Shown here: piece by piece, positions 13,170 through 24,445 of the stretch | Numbering within the stretch: the first letter of the stretch is position 1 | Layout of the letters: every line of letters begins with the position of its first letter | Assembly: GCF_035084215.1 (NCBI RefSeq) | Contig: NC_090357.1 | Coordinates: 9,920,001 to 9,984,000, forward strand | Direction: 5' to 3' | Length of the DNA: 64,000 bases | Origin: Heptranchias perlo | Lineage: Eukaryota | Program-made: the position numbers and the translations under genes | Notes under the pieces: generated by a model | The model's database searches: none | What the model saw: only the letters and a program-made list of their open reading frames with translations | What the model was told of the DNA's origin: nothing

Positions 13170-13655
13170 GAGTGAGCCTTTGGCTTAGTGGTGGCAAAAG
13201 TTGAAGGGTTCGAGCCCCACTTCAGACAGCCCTAGTGAGTGAAGATTAGAATATGGTGTCTAAATACTGGGCTGACAACCAGCAGGGCTACTCGCTTCTG
13301 GACGGAGTGACCACTGGCTCAGTGGTAGTATTCCCGTCACTGAGTCACAAGCCCAATCCAGACAGCCCCGGCTAGCGGAGATTGGAGCGCCGGCCCTGTA
13401 TACTGGGTTGACATCTTGCGGGGGTACTTGCGTCCGATGGATGTGGGTGGTCCTCCCCCCATTATAGGGATCGGTGGGGCTCTTTAGCATTGCTTGCAGC
13501 TCACGTAGGATAAGGTACTCCAAAGATAAAAACTGTGAGGCAGGCAACAGGAAACCACCTCAGCTACCCTTCTCTAGTAAGTGGCTCAAGAATCTCATGT
13601 GTGAGACTTGAGTTAGGACCTACCCTAGGGACAGAACACAATGGATGGATAGATC
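13170..13655 (+). mobile_element. tRNA-derived SINE with duplicated head and RTE-like tail
   Basis: Two homologous heads (13170-13280 and 13305-13415) precede a GAGGCAGGCAACAGGAAACCACCTC tail motif and a terminal TGGATGGATAGAT repeat. Confidence 0.6.
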
Positions 13656-14264
13656 AACTGTAGGAATCATTCACATTATGTACCTTAAAAAGTAATTCTC
13701 TGGTGGCAAAACTAAAACAAGCTTGTCAGAATCGGTAACATAACTATTAAGTCCTTTTTAGTTACATTTCAACATCTAGCCTCTGGCAACCCTTTAAATT
13801 ACATTAGGATTCAGTGCTCAGTAGCCTACACAAATTTAAAAAAATTACTGCAAATCTCAGAACCTTAAATGTAAAAACGCACTGGCAATAGTACAGCAGT
13901 TTTAAATGATATTTCTTTTCAGCGAGGATGCCTGTTTCCATGGTAACTTTGCTATTGTTTAACCCCTTCACCCACACAAGCCTATATTTAGACTGAAACA
14001 AGCTGTGCTTCAGATGGTGTTAATGTACACTTTTGTTTGCATTGTAATCTGAATATTTGTTTCAACCAGTAGAACGTCACACCTGCTTGACATTCAGTCA
14101 GTGAAAAACCAGGTGCAGCTCAACAGGAATTTTAGAGAAATTTAAATTATTAATAATTAGCAAGGGAAAAAATATTCAGGTGGCAAGTTCACAACAAACA
14201 AAATTACTGTGTTGGGGACTTTGTTTTGATTGAACAATCATGATTGAGAATCAAAGCCCATAGT

Positions 14265-14642
14265 TTTTTGTTGGCTGTTCTCAGGATGTGGGAAAGGAAA
14301 CATTTATGGCCCATCTCTAGTTGCTCTGAGAAGATGGTCGGCCTTCTTCTAGTGATTGTTTTACAGTTAAATGGCTTGCTAGTTCACCTTACAGGGCATT
14401 TTGAACCAACTAACATGGACTAGAGTTATGTGTAGGCCAAAATGGGGTAGCGGGTTCCCTTCTCTGTAAGAGAGAGTAATGAACCAGTTGGATTTTTATG
14501 CATTTCGGCAGCTTTACATAGCTATTTATCCCCTGATACTAGCCTACGAATTATCAGATTTATTGAGACTGATTTCACAACTTGCCAGAGTGGGGTTTGA
14601 ACCCATGAATATAGAGTCCAGAATCCTAACTACAACACCATG
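14265..14642 (-). mobile_element. tRNA-derived SINE (probable MetaSINE) with a LINE family B 3' tail
   Basis: The minus-strand B-box is GGTTCAAACCCC and the central segment is TAAAAATCCAACTGGTTCATT...GAAGGGAACC. The 3' end (14265-14350) matches the family B LINE tail. Confidence 0.6.
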
Positions 14643-15078
14643 ATCTATTGCGGTGCTCCACTAAGGAATAAAAAGACTGAACAATAAGATGACATAAATC
14701 AGAAGCCGTGATTAGGTGGTGCCAAACGTGAGATTTAAAAGCCTTGAAGATTGTAAGAGGAAGCAAGGATGGTGGGAACCAACTAAAGATTAACTATCTG
14801 AGTGCACAAAATTAAACGATAGTCTTTATATAGAAGACTCTACATGGAAATGACACTGTTTAAATAAACACTAATGGCCCAGAATTTGCTGGAGTGGGGC
14901 ATCTCGCGGCGCGCCCGGTTAGTTAGATTTTTTTCTTCACCCGTCAACTCGAAATCTTTTTGTGCCACAAATTGCTGGAAGTGCGAGCTGATAACGGCAC
15001 GGCGAGGGAAAACGTGAGTAGGACCAAATGTCTATCTCCTTAACTAATGAGATTTAAGGATAGAAAAAGAAATGACGG

Positions 15079-15552
15079 AAATGGCAACAGCCAGAAACAT
15101 TACCAACGCCTGCTGTCCGAAAAAAATGGGAGCAGTGGTTATGATCTGAAGTTATCGAACTCAGTGGTAAGTCCGGAAGGTTGTAAAGTGCCTAATCGAA
15201 AGATAATTCTGCTGTTGCCATTTACACCTCCTCTGGACCCACCTTTTTGTTTCTTTACTTGTCCCATTACCACCCTCCTTGCCTTGTCATTTAATCACTC
15301 CTGCCCTCCACCCTAAGACAGACCTTCCCTTTTGTTCTTCCCCTCCTCCCTTTCCTCAACCCCTTTGCCTGGTTCTGTACTTGCTTAAAAACTGTTCAAT
15401 CTCTAACCTCTTCCAGTTCTGATGAAAGGCCATCGACCTGAAACGTTAACTCTGTTTCTTTCTCCACAGATGCTGCCTGACTTGCTGAGTATTTCTAGTA
15501 TTTTCTGTTCTTATTTCAGATTTCCAGCATCCACAATATTTTGCTTTTGATT
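15079..15552 (+). mobile_element. Penelope-like element 3' end with inverted 5' segment, nested in the MITE
   Basis: The minus strand at 15139-15204 encodes IFRLGTLQPSGLTTEFDNFRS*, the GIY-YIG C-terminus. Positions 15207-15552 are the forward 3' end containing the hammerhead motif. Confidence 0.8.
15415..15451 (+). ncRNA. Minimal type-I hammerhead ribozyme motif
   Basis: AGUU-CUGAUGA-A-[AGGCC AUC GACCU]-GAAA-CGUU-AACU. The core is intact, stem I is AGUU/AACU, stem II has one mismatch, and stem III is the palindromic AACGUU. Confidence 0.75.
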
Positions 15553-16767
15553 TAAAGTTTAAATTGTTCCATTTCTGGGCCGGAGAAGTTGAATGGCATT
15601 TGCGTGAGCATAAATCTCATCATTAAAAGGGTCCTTACATCATTACCTACCAGCCCTAACTTTCTGCGGCAAGTTTAATTTGTTTTAACAGCGCAAATAC
15701 AACAATTTCTTGAAACTCACCGGGAGGTTGACGTTGAACTCCCGTTTTTGCGAGGCTAATGGCGGAGTGGCACAAATTGTCCAGCAATTTGTGGTGATTC
15801 GCAACTCATGCGGTATTTCTTCCTCGCCACAAACTATTTAGACACTAATAACGACACGTGCATTAAACTCGCTGTTATTTTCTCAGCAAATTCTGGGCCA
15901 ATGTTATTGAAAAGAGGGCAGCGGTAACATGTCACTGTGCCTGCAGCACTCTTGAAATTTGGGTCCTTCACATTTGGGGAAAGAAATTAGATAATGCTGT
16001 CACCATTGGTAAGCAGATTTAGAATGCATACATTTCCGACTGTATAATGTGCACAATGCAGTATTCTGTCCAGCACTGGTATTATTAAGAAGAATTTGAG
16101 GTGCATGGAAGGACAGACCATTTCTTAATTAATAGTATCTCTGAATGTGGCATACGTTTGAATTTATGCCAAAGAACTGTGCATGCCATAACTAGGAATT
16201 TGTGCCAGCTTTTGAGAATTAGACCCTGCCTGACTGTCAGTGTGCTGACCAAAAAAGACAGATGGATGAATAATTTATTTAAGGTATAAGGTGGAGATTT
16301 CAACACTTCAAGCGCCCTTCTGCACATTTTTCTAATGTATCAACCCATAAATAGACTTTCAACTAGAGAGTCGTGCACTGGAGCAAAAGAAGTTTAAAAA
16401 AATCAGACATTTCTTAATTTGTAATATGTTCTGAATAAGCTACATAAAGGCCTGTTACAGTTAGGAGTGAGCCAGGAATCCCAGTTGTAAAAGTGCTTGC
16501 CTGACAGCATCCAACATGATGGTAGATTACAAGTCCGCCATAGTCTTGTTCATAGCCCTGTTCTTGCAGGTTTAGACAATGCAGTCTTCACATAAGAGCT
16601 TCTGGATGAAGATCTCCATTCAGTTCATCAATACCTTTATTTAAACAATTACAATTTAGCGTGCAATCTACCTTCTTAATGCTGTTTCTGTTGATGACAG
16701 TTTAGGCTGTTTGTTTTAAGATGTATTCGGATGTTATCATAATGGCTAACTTTTCTATCCTCCTCAG

Positions 16768-16836
16768 CAAATCAGAAACATATCTGGTCAGAGACTCAGC
16801 ATCAACATAAAAGCACAGTATTGGATGGACTCTGAG
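16768..16836 (+). other. Candidate 69-nt internal exon (gene unknown)
   Basis: CTAAC branch point, pyrimidine tract and CAG acceptor, then a GAG|GTAAGT donor. Only frame 0 is open (QIRNISGQRLSINIKAQYWMDSE). The peptide is not recognised. Confidence 0.3.
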
Positions 16837-19354
16837 GTAAGTGATCATCTCTGGAGAGATTTAAAGAATGCCAGAGGCTAGACTATAAAAGTATTGTATC
16901 AGAGAAGCTTGGGAGGATAGACAGAAGTACACATTAAATAAACAGTGCAGTGATGGACATGCCACGATTGAGAGAGTGCTAGGGTCGTTAACATGTCCTT
17001 TCCAGTGAGCAAAAAAGACTTAGCGAATTTACGGTACACCAGGGCAACATTGACGAAGAGCTGCCTTATGATACCATTACACAGAAAAAGCGACAAGGAC
17101 GCAAAGGTTGCATGAAAGTTGTATCAACATTGGCATAATTTAGTGTGGGAAGATGCAGTGCCTTCCTTTTATAGTCCATACTTTTTTCAGTTCCACTACT
17201 ACTTTATTTTTTAAGGTTTCCTATTTTTATGCTGATGTTTTACCTCCTCAGCCTGCACCTTATGTGTTCCATGTGTTACTAGTTATTAGATTTTGCTTGG
17301 ATGAGTCTTTCACCCAATGGAGATCAATGTCTTGATACGATTCTTTTGATGCAATCCTTTTCTTTGGTTTCCTTTTCATTTACACGCTTCGAATCTGTGA
17401 GGCTGTTGAACACGCCAATACGTCTCACACTAGTTACAGGACACATATAGAGTTATTACATACATTTCCACTCAATCCGATGATGGTCATCAAGTTGTCT
17501 CTTCAGGGTGGTGGCTGAAATGTCTTGTCTTATTTCATCTCATCTTGCCAGTGAGCCATCGCTCTTACATTAGTTTGCTCACAGTCTTCAAATTACAGAA
17601 TGTGACCTTTTTCTTACAACAGTAAATTTGAAACAGGCTCTTTATATTTATTTCTTTGGATTTTTTAATTAAAAATTGATTTTTGGTACCATGGTTAATG
17701 AAATCCTCCTTACTGCAAGTGTAGTGAACCAACTGTTCCAGATATTCCTGACAAATAGCGACCTTTATAAGGCCATAACTTCACAATAGATTATCCAATT
17801 CAGGTGATTCATACATTGAAAGAACACTTGTATAAAGAGACAAATGTATAACAGGATATTTTATTGCTCAATTAAACTGTGGATTTATGATTAGTAATTT
17901 AGTATGATAATGAAGGCAAGTATTTTTTGAAATGTTGTGAAATATTTGTCTTCTTTCCTCTTTACTAGGTTGATGTTGATCAAAGTTCATGAAGGGAGCC
18001 ATATAGTTTTACTGCTGAAAAATCTCATCATAACAGCAGTTCCACAGTGAAAGCTGATTTATGGCAATGCAGGCAATGTCTCATCACAGCAACATGTCTC
18101 TCTGAGGCTTGTCAAACACTATAGCGAAATAAATTCTATTTGGTAGAGCTTTAGAATTTGCATGTGCTTAGAAAGCTTTGACATTAACATAATGTCCTGG
18201 TAAAATATAATCCAATGTTTTAATTTGTAAAACAGTCTTTTATTTTATAAAGTAAACTGCAAGTTTCATGATTTGAATGTTTCCATGTGAAAAAGAGATG
18301 ACTACGGCAAGGATTCATTAATTGCTTGATTTCTGAGAATGAGAATTAAGAACAGACCATCAGACAACAGCACACAACAGCTCCAGGGAGTTTATGATCT
18401 TTAAAGAGAATTATGCTAATCCCACCAACCTCATCCCTGCATCTGTTCTGGCATTATCCATGGCAGAATTAACAGGTCTAAGAAAAGCTGAGATAATAGA
18501 GACAGTCTGCTGCTCACAGCAGGGCCTGTACAGCAATGCGCTACGTACACCTCATATACTCATGCATTCTTCTAATTTTTCAAAGACAATAATTATTAGT
18601 GCGTGTTTATGAAAGAAATATGCATAATTTTCAGAGGATGCTTCCTGCTAGTTATATGTGGAAAGTTTTGTAACTCACTAAGCAGTGCAAGTGCTTTACA
18701 TGATAACAGGTGGGCACATTGTTCAGTAAGTACCAGATGCTGATGTATATTGAGTGCACAGATGCACAATGAATGCAATCTTATAGCAAGCATCAATATG
18801 TGTTCTTGGTTGGGTTGGTATTGTTAAGGAATGGAGTTGTTTACGTTCCAAACCTCGCAGAGAAAGATGTTTAAAAAATTATTTATTGGGAAACTTTTTA
18901 GTGACGTGCCAAGGCTACCAGTGCAAGCAATCAGCGAGGTTCAAAAGAGTAGGAGAGCTAAACCCGTCACATCAAGATGTAGAGGTTACGTGATTCTCTG
19001 TATTTTTGAAAGGGTTTGTAAAGCCTGTAGGTTGTAGAAGGAAGGATAGAGAAGTAGCTCCATTGTTCCTGGGAAAGAATGAATTGAAATAGGAGACGGT
19101 GCGATTTTAACACCAGGAAGAAAGTGAGAGGAGGATTGTGTAGAACAAAATATTTGCAGCTTAAGAGGAACAAGAAAGGAAACTTCATAGGAACAATGAC
19201 TATGATGGCACTGATAAAATAAATACAAAAATATGCAGTTGGCAGCTAGACCGCAAAATGATTTGTTATCATTAAATATGGGGAGCAGAGAGGAGGTCCC
19301 AGTAACGATCAGTGGAGCTTTGAGTACGAGATCCAAAGCAGATCAACAGATGTT

Positions 19355-19730
19355 CCCCCACCAGTGGTGTAGCCAGTAAGTAGATAAGCTGCACCGACCA
19401 AGAAGATCCCAGGTGCAATCCCAAGTCTGTTGTGAGTTAGCTGAGAAACTGGCAGGGCAACAATTGGGCTCAGACTCCCTGAATTAGAGAGGGAAAAATT
19501 ATCACGAGTTCGCACTCCTTATTGCTATCCAGTGACTCCTACTGGATGTGTGGACTGTGGATATCAGGTAAGGACAGGATCTGTGATTCTCTCTGCAGTT
19601 GAATAGCCTGGCAACATTTTGCCAAAGCTCATGTATGAATAATGGACTGTTGGGGAAGGTACCGGATGGCAACTGGCACCTATGAAGCCATATTGAAGCA
19701 AGGAGCCAATACTATCAGGCAAGGAAGGAT
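19355..19730 (+). mobile_element. AmnSINE2-like SINE, near full length
   Basis: Head, GAGTTAGCTGA body and GAATAATGG..GGTACC tail, as in the other copies. Confidence 0.75.
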
Positions 19731-20469
19731 CTTAAAAAAATTAGTAAGGGATAGGTGGAGGGAAAACTAACTCAGTATCGGTTTGTCTGTACTAGTTGGA
19801 TATGTCTCTGTGTTGCTTACCATTCCACCTACTGACAACAGCCAGATGGCCTGATCTGCCACCTTTGCCAATGCTAATGCTACTCTTAAACCAGTGATTG
19901 GCATGAAGGAGTGTGAGAGGAATTGGCCTGACCTTAGCATCCTTTGTGGACTATGATATTGTATTCAGGCACATTCCAATTAAGGTAACGGGAAAGGAAT
20001 TTTGCAAAGTTCAGGCAATGGGCAATAATGGAATTACATAACTTACAATTCGGTGTGGAAAAAGAAAGATGCAGTGATTCTATTGCTGCAGACAGCACGA
20101 TAAATACACCATAAAACACAACATCTCCCCAGCATAGCTCCATTATGGAACTGAGCCACGAGGCAGCAAAGTGTGTGTTTAAAAAAAATCCATTCCATTT
20201 TATGCTGTCTTCTTCCAGAAAAACTAATAATACAATGTGGACCTCGTCTTGGTATTTGTCTGCTGCAGAAAATCGTATATAAATAGTGTAACTTGTCCTG
20301 GAATATTCAAATATTTGTTCTCTGACTTACAATTGTTAGCATTATTGAATTATTTTTTAAACAAAACTTGTTGTCATCACTATGATTGACAGATGCTAAT
20401 TCTTTTACATCAAACATTTATGATTCAATTGCAGCCTGGAATGCTGAAAACAAATATTTTGAAGTCAAG

Positions 20470-20665
20470 ATGGTTGAAATTAGGTAAATGTACTGTAGAA
20501 CTGAGCCATACAGACCACAGGGATCCCAGGTTTGATTCCTGGTCATCACTGAGCCAGCTGTGCTCAGCTGGGATGATGACAGGGGTGCTACAATTGTCCT
20601 CAATGTCCCAGCTTTAGAGAGGAGAAAAAAATCAGCTAGGAATCTCATCCTGCCTGCTATACAGT
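20470..20665 (+). mobile_element. AmnSINE2-like SINE 5' part (3' part resumes at about 21425-21590)
   Basis: ACTGAGCCATACAGACC..CCCAGGTTTGATTCCTGGTC. It is interrupted by two DeuSINEs. Confidence 0.7.
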
Positions 20666-20675
20666 AACTAAATTT

Positions 20676-21100
20676 GTGTCAGCTGTGGCTCAGTGGTAGT
20701 ACTCTCACCTCTGGAATTTGTGGGTTCAAGTCCCACTCCAGAGACTTGAGCACATAATCCAAGCTGACAGTTCAGTGCAGTACTGAGGGAGTGCTGTAAT
20801 GTCTTTCGGATGAGACGTTAAACCAAGGCCCACGTGCCCTCTCAGGTGGACGTAAGAGATCCCATGGCACTATTTTGAAGAACAGGGGAGCGTCCTGGCC
20901 AATATTTATCCTTCTATCAACATCGCCAAAAAAAAACAGATTAGCTGATCATTATCTCATTGCTGATTGTGGGATCTTGCTGTGCGCAAATTGGCTGCTG
21001 CATTTCCTTCATTACAACAGTGACTACACTTCAGTGGCTATAAAGCGCTTTGAGACGTCCCGAGGTCGTGGAAGGCGCTATATAAATGCAAGTCTTTTTT
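20676..21100 (+). mobile_element. Full-length DeuSINE (SacSINE1-like)
   Basis: A-box TGGCTCAGTGG, B-box GGTTCAAGTCCC, Deu-type core (GATGAGACGTTAAACC..GATCCCATGGCACTATT..TGTGCGCAAATTGGCTGC) and an L2-type tail GGCGCTATATAAATGCAAG. Confidence 0.9.
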
Positions 21101-21104
21101 TTCT

Positions 21105-21422
21105 GCAGGTAGCATTCTTGTCTCTGAGTCAGAAGGCTGGGGTTTCAAGCCTATCCAGTGCTGTCTTTCAGATGAGATGTTCGACCAAAGGATGTAAAGA
21201 AGATTAAGGACTTTTGCTGGTATTAAGGCCAAGATTCCTCCCTCAACCATAATCAGTTTTTAACCAGTCATTCATCTGATTGGCCCTTTTTGGGATCTTG
21301 CTGTGCGCAAATTGACTGCTGCGTTTGTTGACATAACAAACTCCAAACAGTAATTCATTGGATGTGAAATGTTTTCGTGACATCATGTGATGAAGAGCTA
21401 TATAAACACGAGTACTTTCTTT
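21105..21422 (+). mobile_element. Second, older and deleted DeuSINE in tandem
   Basis: CTCTGAGTCAGAAGG..GATGAGATGTT..GCTGTGCGCAAATTGACTGC..GCTATATAAA. Confidence 0.75.
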
Positions 21423-22167
21423 CATTGATCCTCAACAAAGATGGGATTAGTCTTTGCTGCGATGACCCCCAGTTGTAAATGTCCTGGCATTTCTATCGTC
21501 TAGGCTCCCGCATTACCACAGGATGGTCATCACCCGTACGACCATGGACCCAGCAGGAATCATGCTGTCAGGAAAGGGGGAAAAAAAATCTGTTTTTAAA
21601 AATAATTCAGAAAGGGTTTTTGCCACTTGCTTACATACACGTTATTTACAAATGATCATTCCAGTCTGAGCACCTTTAAAAGCATCACAAGGAAGTTTTC
21701 GAAATGACTACAGAAAGTTTTTCTGACTGTTCCTAAGATGTTTTATCAGACTCAACGGCTGGACAGAATTTACCCTGGCTAACTATTACCACGGTATTGT
21801 AGTTCTTATGTGGTCAGGATACAGAAAGACAGCCTGGTATTTGTTCATGTGAAACATAGCTATTAATTTATCTTTTTGGAGCCATCAGGATGAACAGTTT
21901 GGTCGACTCAGTGAGAGATCGCTGAAGGCAAATTCCATGCTATGCAGGAAATAATGGCATCATCAACTCATTTGCAGGTGGAATCCTGAATTAGTTTTGA
22001 ATTGTTTTTCAGTTGAAGTTCTCTCCAAGTTGCAACAGTTCCCAGATGTGCACTTCTGTGGGGTTTACTCTGGTGATGAAAGCCAATGTCTTTGTGGATC
22101 ATATTTATTTGATTCTCTGTATTTCTGAATGGGTTAAATTCAACTTTAAAGTGTGAAGTTTCATGTT

Positions 22168-22305
22168 AAAATGAAAAGAAAAACTGCAAATGCTAGAAAA
22201 ACTAATAAAACGCTGGAAATCCATGGCAGGTTGATTAGCATCTGAAAGAAAAAGCAAGGTAATTGTTTTGAATGCAGCCCTTTCATTCGGAACAGTATAT
22301 CAAAC
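22168..22305 (-). mobile_element. Degenerate Penelope-like terminal fragment
   Basis: The reverse complement resembles 15415-15550 (CAGATGCT..TTTCCAGC..TTTCTAGCATTTGCAG). The hammerhead core is eroded. Confidence 0.55.
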
Positions 22306-22446
22306 CTATATTTAAAGTTCTTTTCTCCAACACTTTTATTTTGAGATTCTACAATGAAGCAGCAATCTGCCAGGCCAAATTCATAGGAGCAGTGATAGTG
22401 ATGATCCATCAGGGTGGGTACCAGCAAAGAGGATTTCATAAGTCAT

Positions 22447-23228
22447 TACAACAACAATGGCTTGCATTTATATAGCGCCTTTAACGTAGCAAAACGTCCC
22501 AAGGCGCTTCACAGGAACATTATCAAACAAAATTTGACACCGAACCACATAAGGAGATATTAGGTGACCAAAAGTTTGGCCAAAGAGGTAGGTTTTAAGG
22601 ATCGTCTTAAAGGAGGAGGGGAGGTTTAGAGGGGCCAGAATTGGAGGAGCGCAGAGATCTCGGAGGGTTGAAGGGCTGGAGGAGGTTACTGAAATAGGGA
22701 AGCGCGAGGCCATGGAGGGATTTGAAAGCAAGGATGGGAATTTTAAAATCAAGGCGTTCCCGGACCGGGAGCCAATGTAGGTCAGCGAGCACAGGGGTGA
22801 TGGGCGAACGGGATTGGTGCAAGTTAGGATACGGGCAGCAGAGTTTTGGATGAGCTCAAATTTACGGAGGGTGCAAGGTGGGAGGCCAGCCAGGTGAGCA
22901 TTGGAATAGTTGAGTCTAGAAGTAACAAAGATGTGGATGAGGGTTTCAGCACCAGATGAGCTAAGGCAGGGGTGGAGACGGGCGATGTTAAAGAGGTGGA
23001 AGTAGGCGGTCTTGGTGATGAAGAGGATATGGGGTCAGAAGCTCAATTCAGGGTCAATTAGGACGTGAACATTGCGAACAGTCTGGTTCAGCCTCAGATA
23101 ATGCCAGGGAGAGGGATGGAGTCAATGGCTAGGGAACAGAGTTTGTGGCAGGGACCGAAAATAATGGCTTTGGTCGTCCCAATATTTAACTGGAGGAAAG
23201 TTCTGCTCATCCAATACAGGATGTTGGC
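22447..23228 (-). mobile_element. L2-clade LINE 3' part
   Basis: PITPVLADLHWLPVRERLDFKI..FKSLHGLA, with tail AAAGGCGCTATATAAATGCAAG. Confidence 0.92.
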
Positions 23229-23504
23229 AGATGTGAATATAAAACTGTGATGCATCAGGAAGGATTATAGAAAACAAGATAACAATAGCATGAAAATACA
23301 CCCCTCAAACCTTTTTGGTTTTATTTTAACATTTTAATGGTTTCTTTAATTAGATGTTAGTGTTATTTATAGAGTAATTTAATGGTCACTATCCATGGGT
23401 AATTTTCAGTTAAACTTAAGGTCCTGGAACTATCAGAATCAGCTTAGTCTGGACACTCATCTGGAGGTCAAATAATACCAACTGTTCAGGACAAATGGCT
23501 TATT

Positions 23505-23868
23505 GCACCATTTTGTGTGGTACCAAGCCACGCACAGTGGAGGGTCCAAGATTTGATGAGATAGCTAATCTCAGTCAGATCAGCTGTTGGATCACTACAA
23601 TTAGCCTCAACACCACTAGGATAGGGAGGCAAAAAACACAGCCAGGGCTCCTATTCATGATTGTTATCCAGTGACCCCTTGCAAGCAGACACTGGGTGAG
23701 GATAGGATTGGGCTCAGCACCCTCACGGTTAGGTAGCCTGCCAACACTCACCATCCGGGCTCACACATCAAGAATAGCTACTTGAGCAAGAAACTGCAGG
23801 GCTGCTAGCTCCAGTGGAATCATACCCAGCAAGAGCCAACTAATTCAGGACAGGTAAGGAGGAGAAAG
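23505..23868 (+). mobile_element. AmnSINE2-like SINE
   Basis: Full body including GCCAGGG.TCC..TATCCAGTGACCC and AAGAATAGCTACTTG. Confidence 0.75.
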
Positions 23869-23888
23869 ACACTCACTGGTAGAGATTG

Positions 23889-24445
23889 TTACATCAAGTC
23901 TACAGCGTAGAAACAGAGCATTTGGCCCAACTGGTCTATGCTGGCGTTTATGCTCCACACGAGCCTCCTCCCTCCCTACTTTATCTAACCTATCAGCATA
24001 TCCTTCTGTTCCTTCATCCCTCATGTGCGTATCTGGCTTCCCCTTAAATGTATCTATGCTATTTGCCTCAACTACTCCTTGTGGTAGTGCGTTCCACATT
24101 TTTACCACTCGTTGGGTAAAGAAGTTTCTCCTGAATTCCCTGTTGGATTTATTAGTGACTATCTTATATTTATGACCTCTAGTTTTGGACTCCCCAGAAG
24201 TGGAGACATTTTCTCTACATCTACTTTGTCAAACCCTTTCATAATCTTAAAGACCTCTATCAGGTCACCCCTCAGCCTTCTCTTTTATAGAGAAAAGAGC
24301 CCCAGGCTGTTCAACCTTTCCTGATAAGGATATCCTCTCAGTTCTGGTATCATACTTGTGAATCTTTTTTGCATCTTCTCCAATGCCTCTATATCCTTTT
24401 TATAATATGGGGACCAGAACCATGCACACCAAGAGTGGTCTAACT
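23889..24445 (-). mobile_element. CR1 LINE family A 3' end
   Basis: FWSPYYKKDIEALEKMQKRFT and WNALPQGVVEANSIDTFKGK. Confidence 0.95.

Larger units (their letters stand above)
14876..15899. mobile_element. Non-autonomous PIF/Harbinger-type DNA transposon with intact ends
   Basis: Perfect 16-bp TIRs GGCCCAGAATTTGCTG / CAGCAAATTCTGGGCC, flanked by a 3-bp TSD AAT (14873-14875 and 15900-15902). Confidence 0.9.

Noticed and set aside
16950-17600. Coding-looking decayed sequence on both strands
   Set aside because: It may be an old transposon, but I could not assign any diagnostic motif.
20676-20760. tRNA gene
   Set aside because: The A and B boxes belong to a SINE head that continues into the SINE body. 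No complete cloverleaf is evident.
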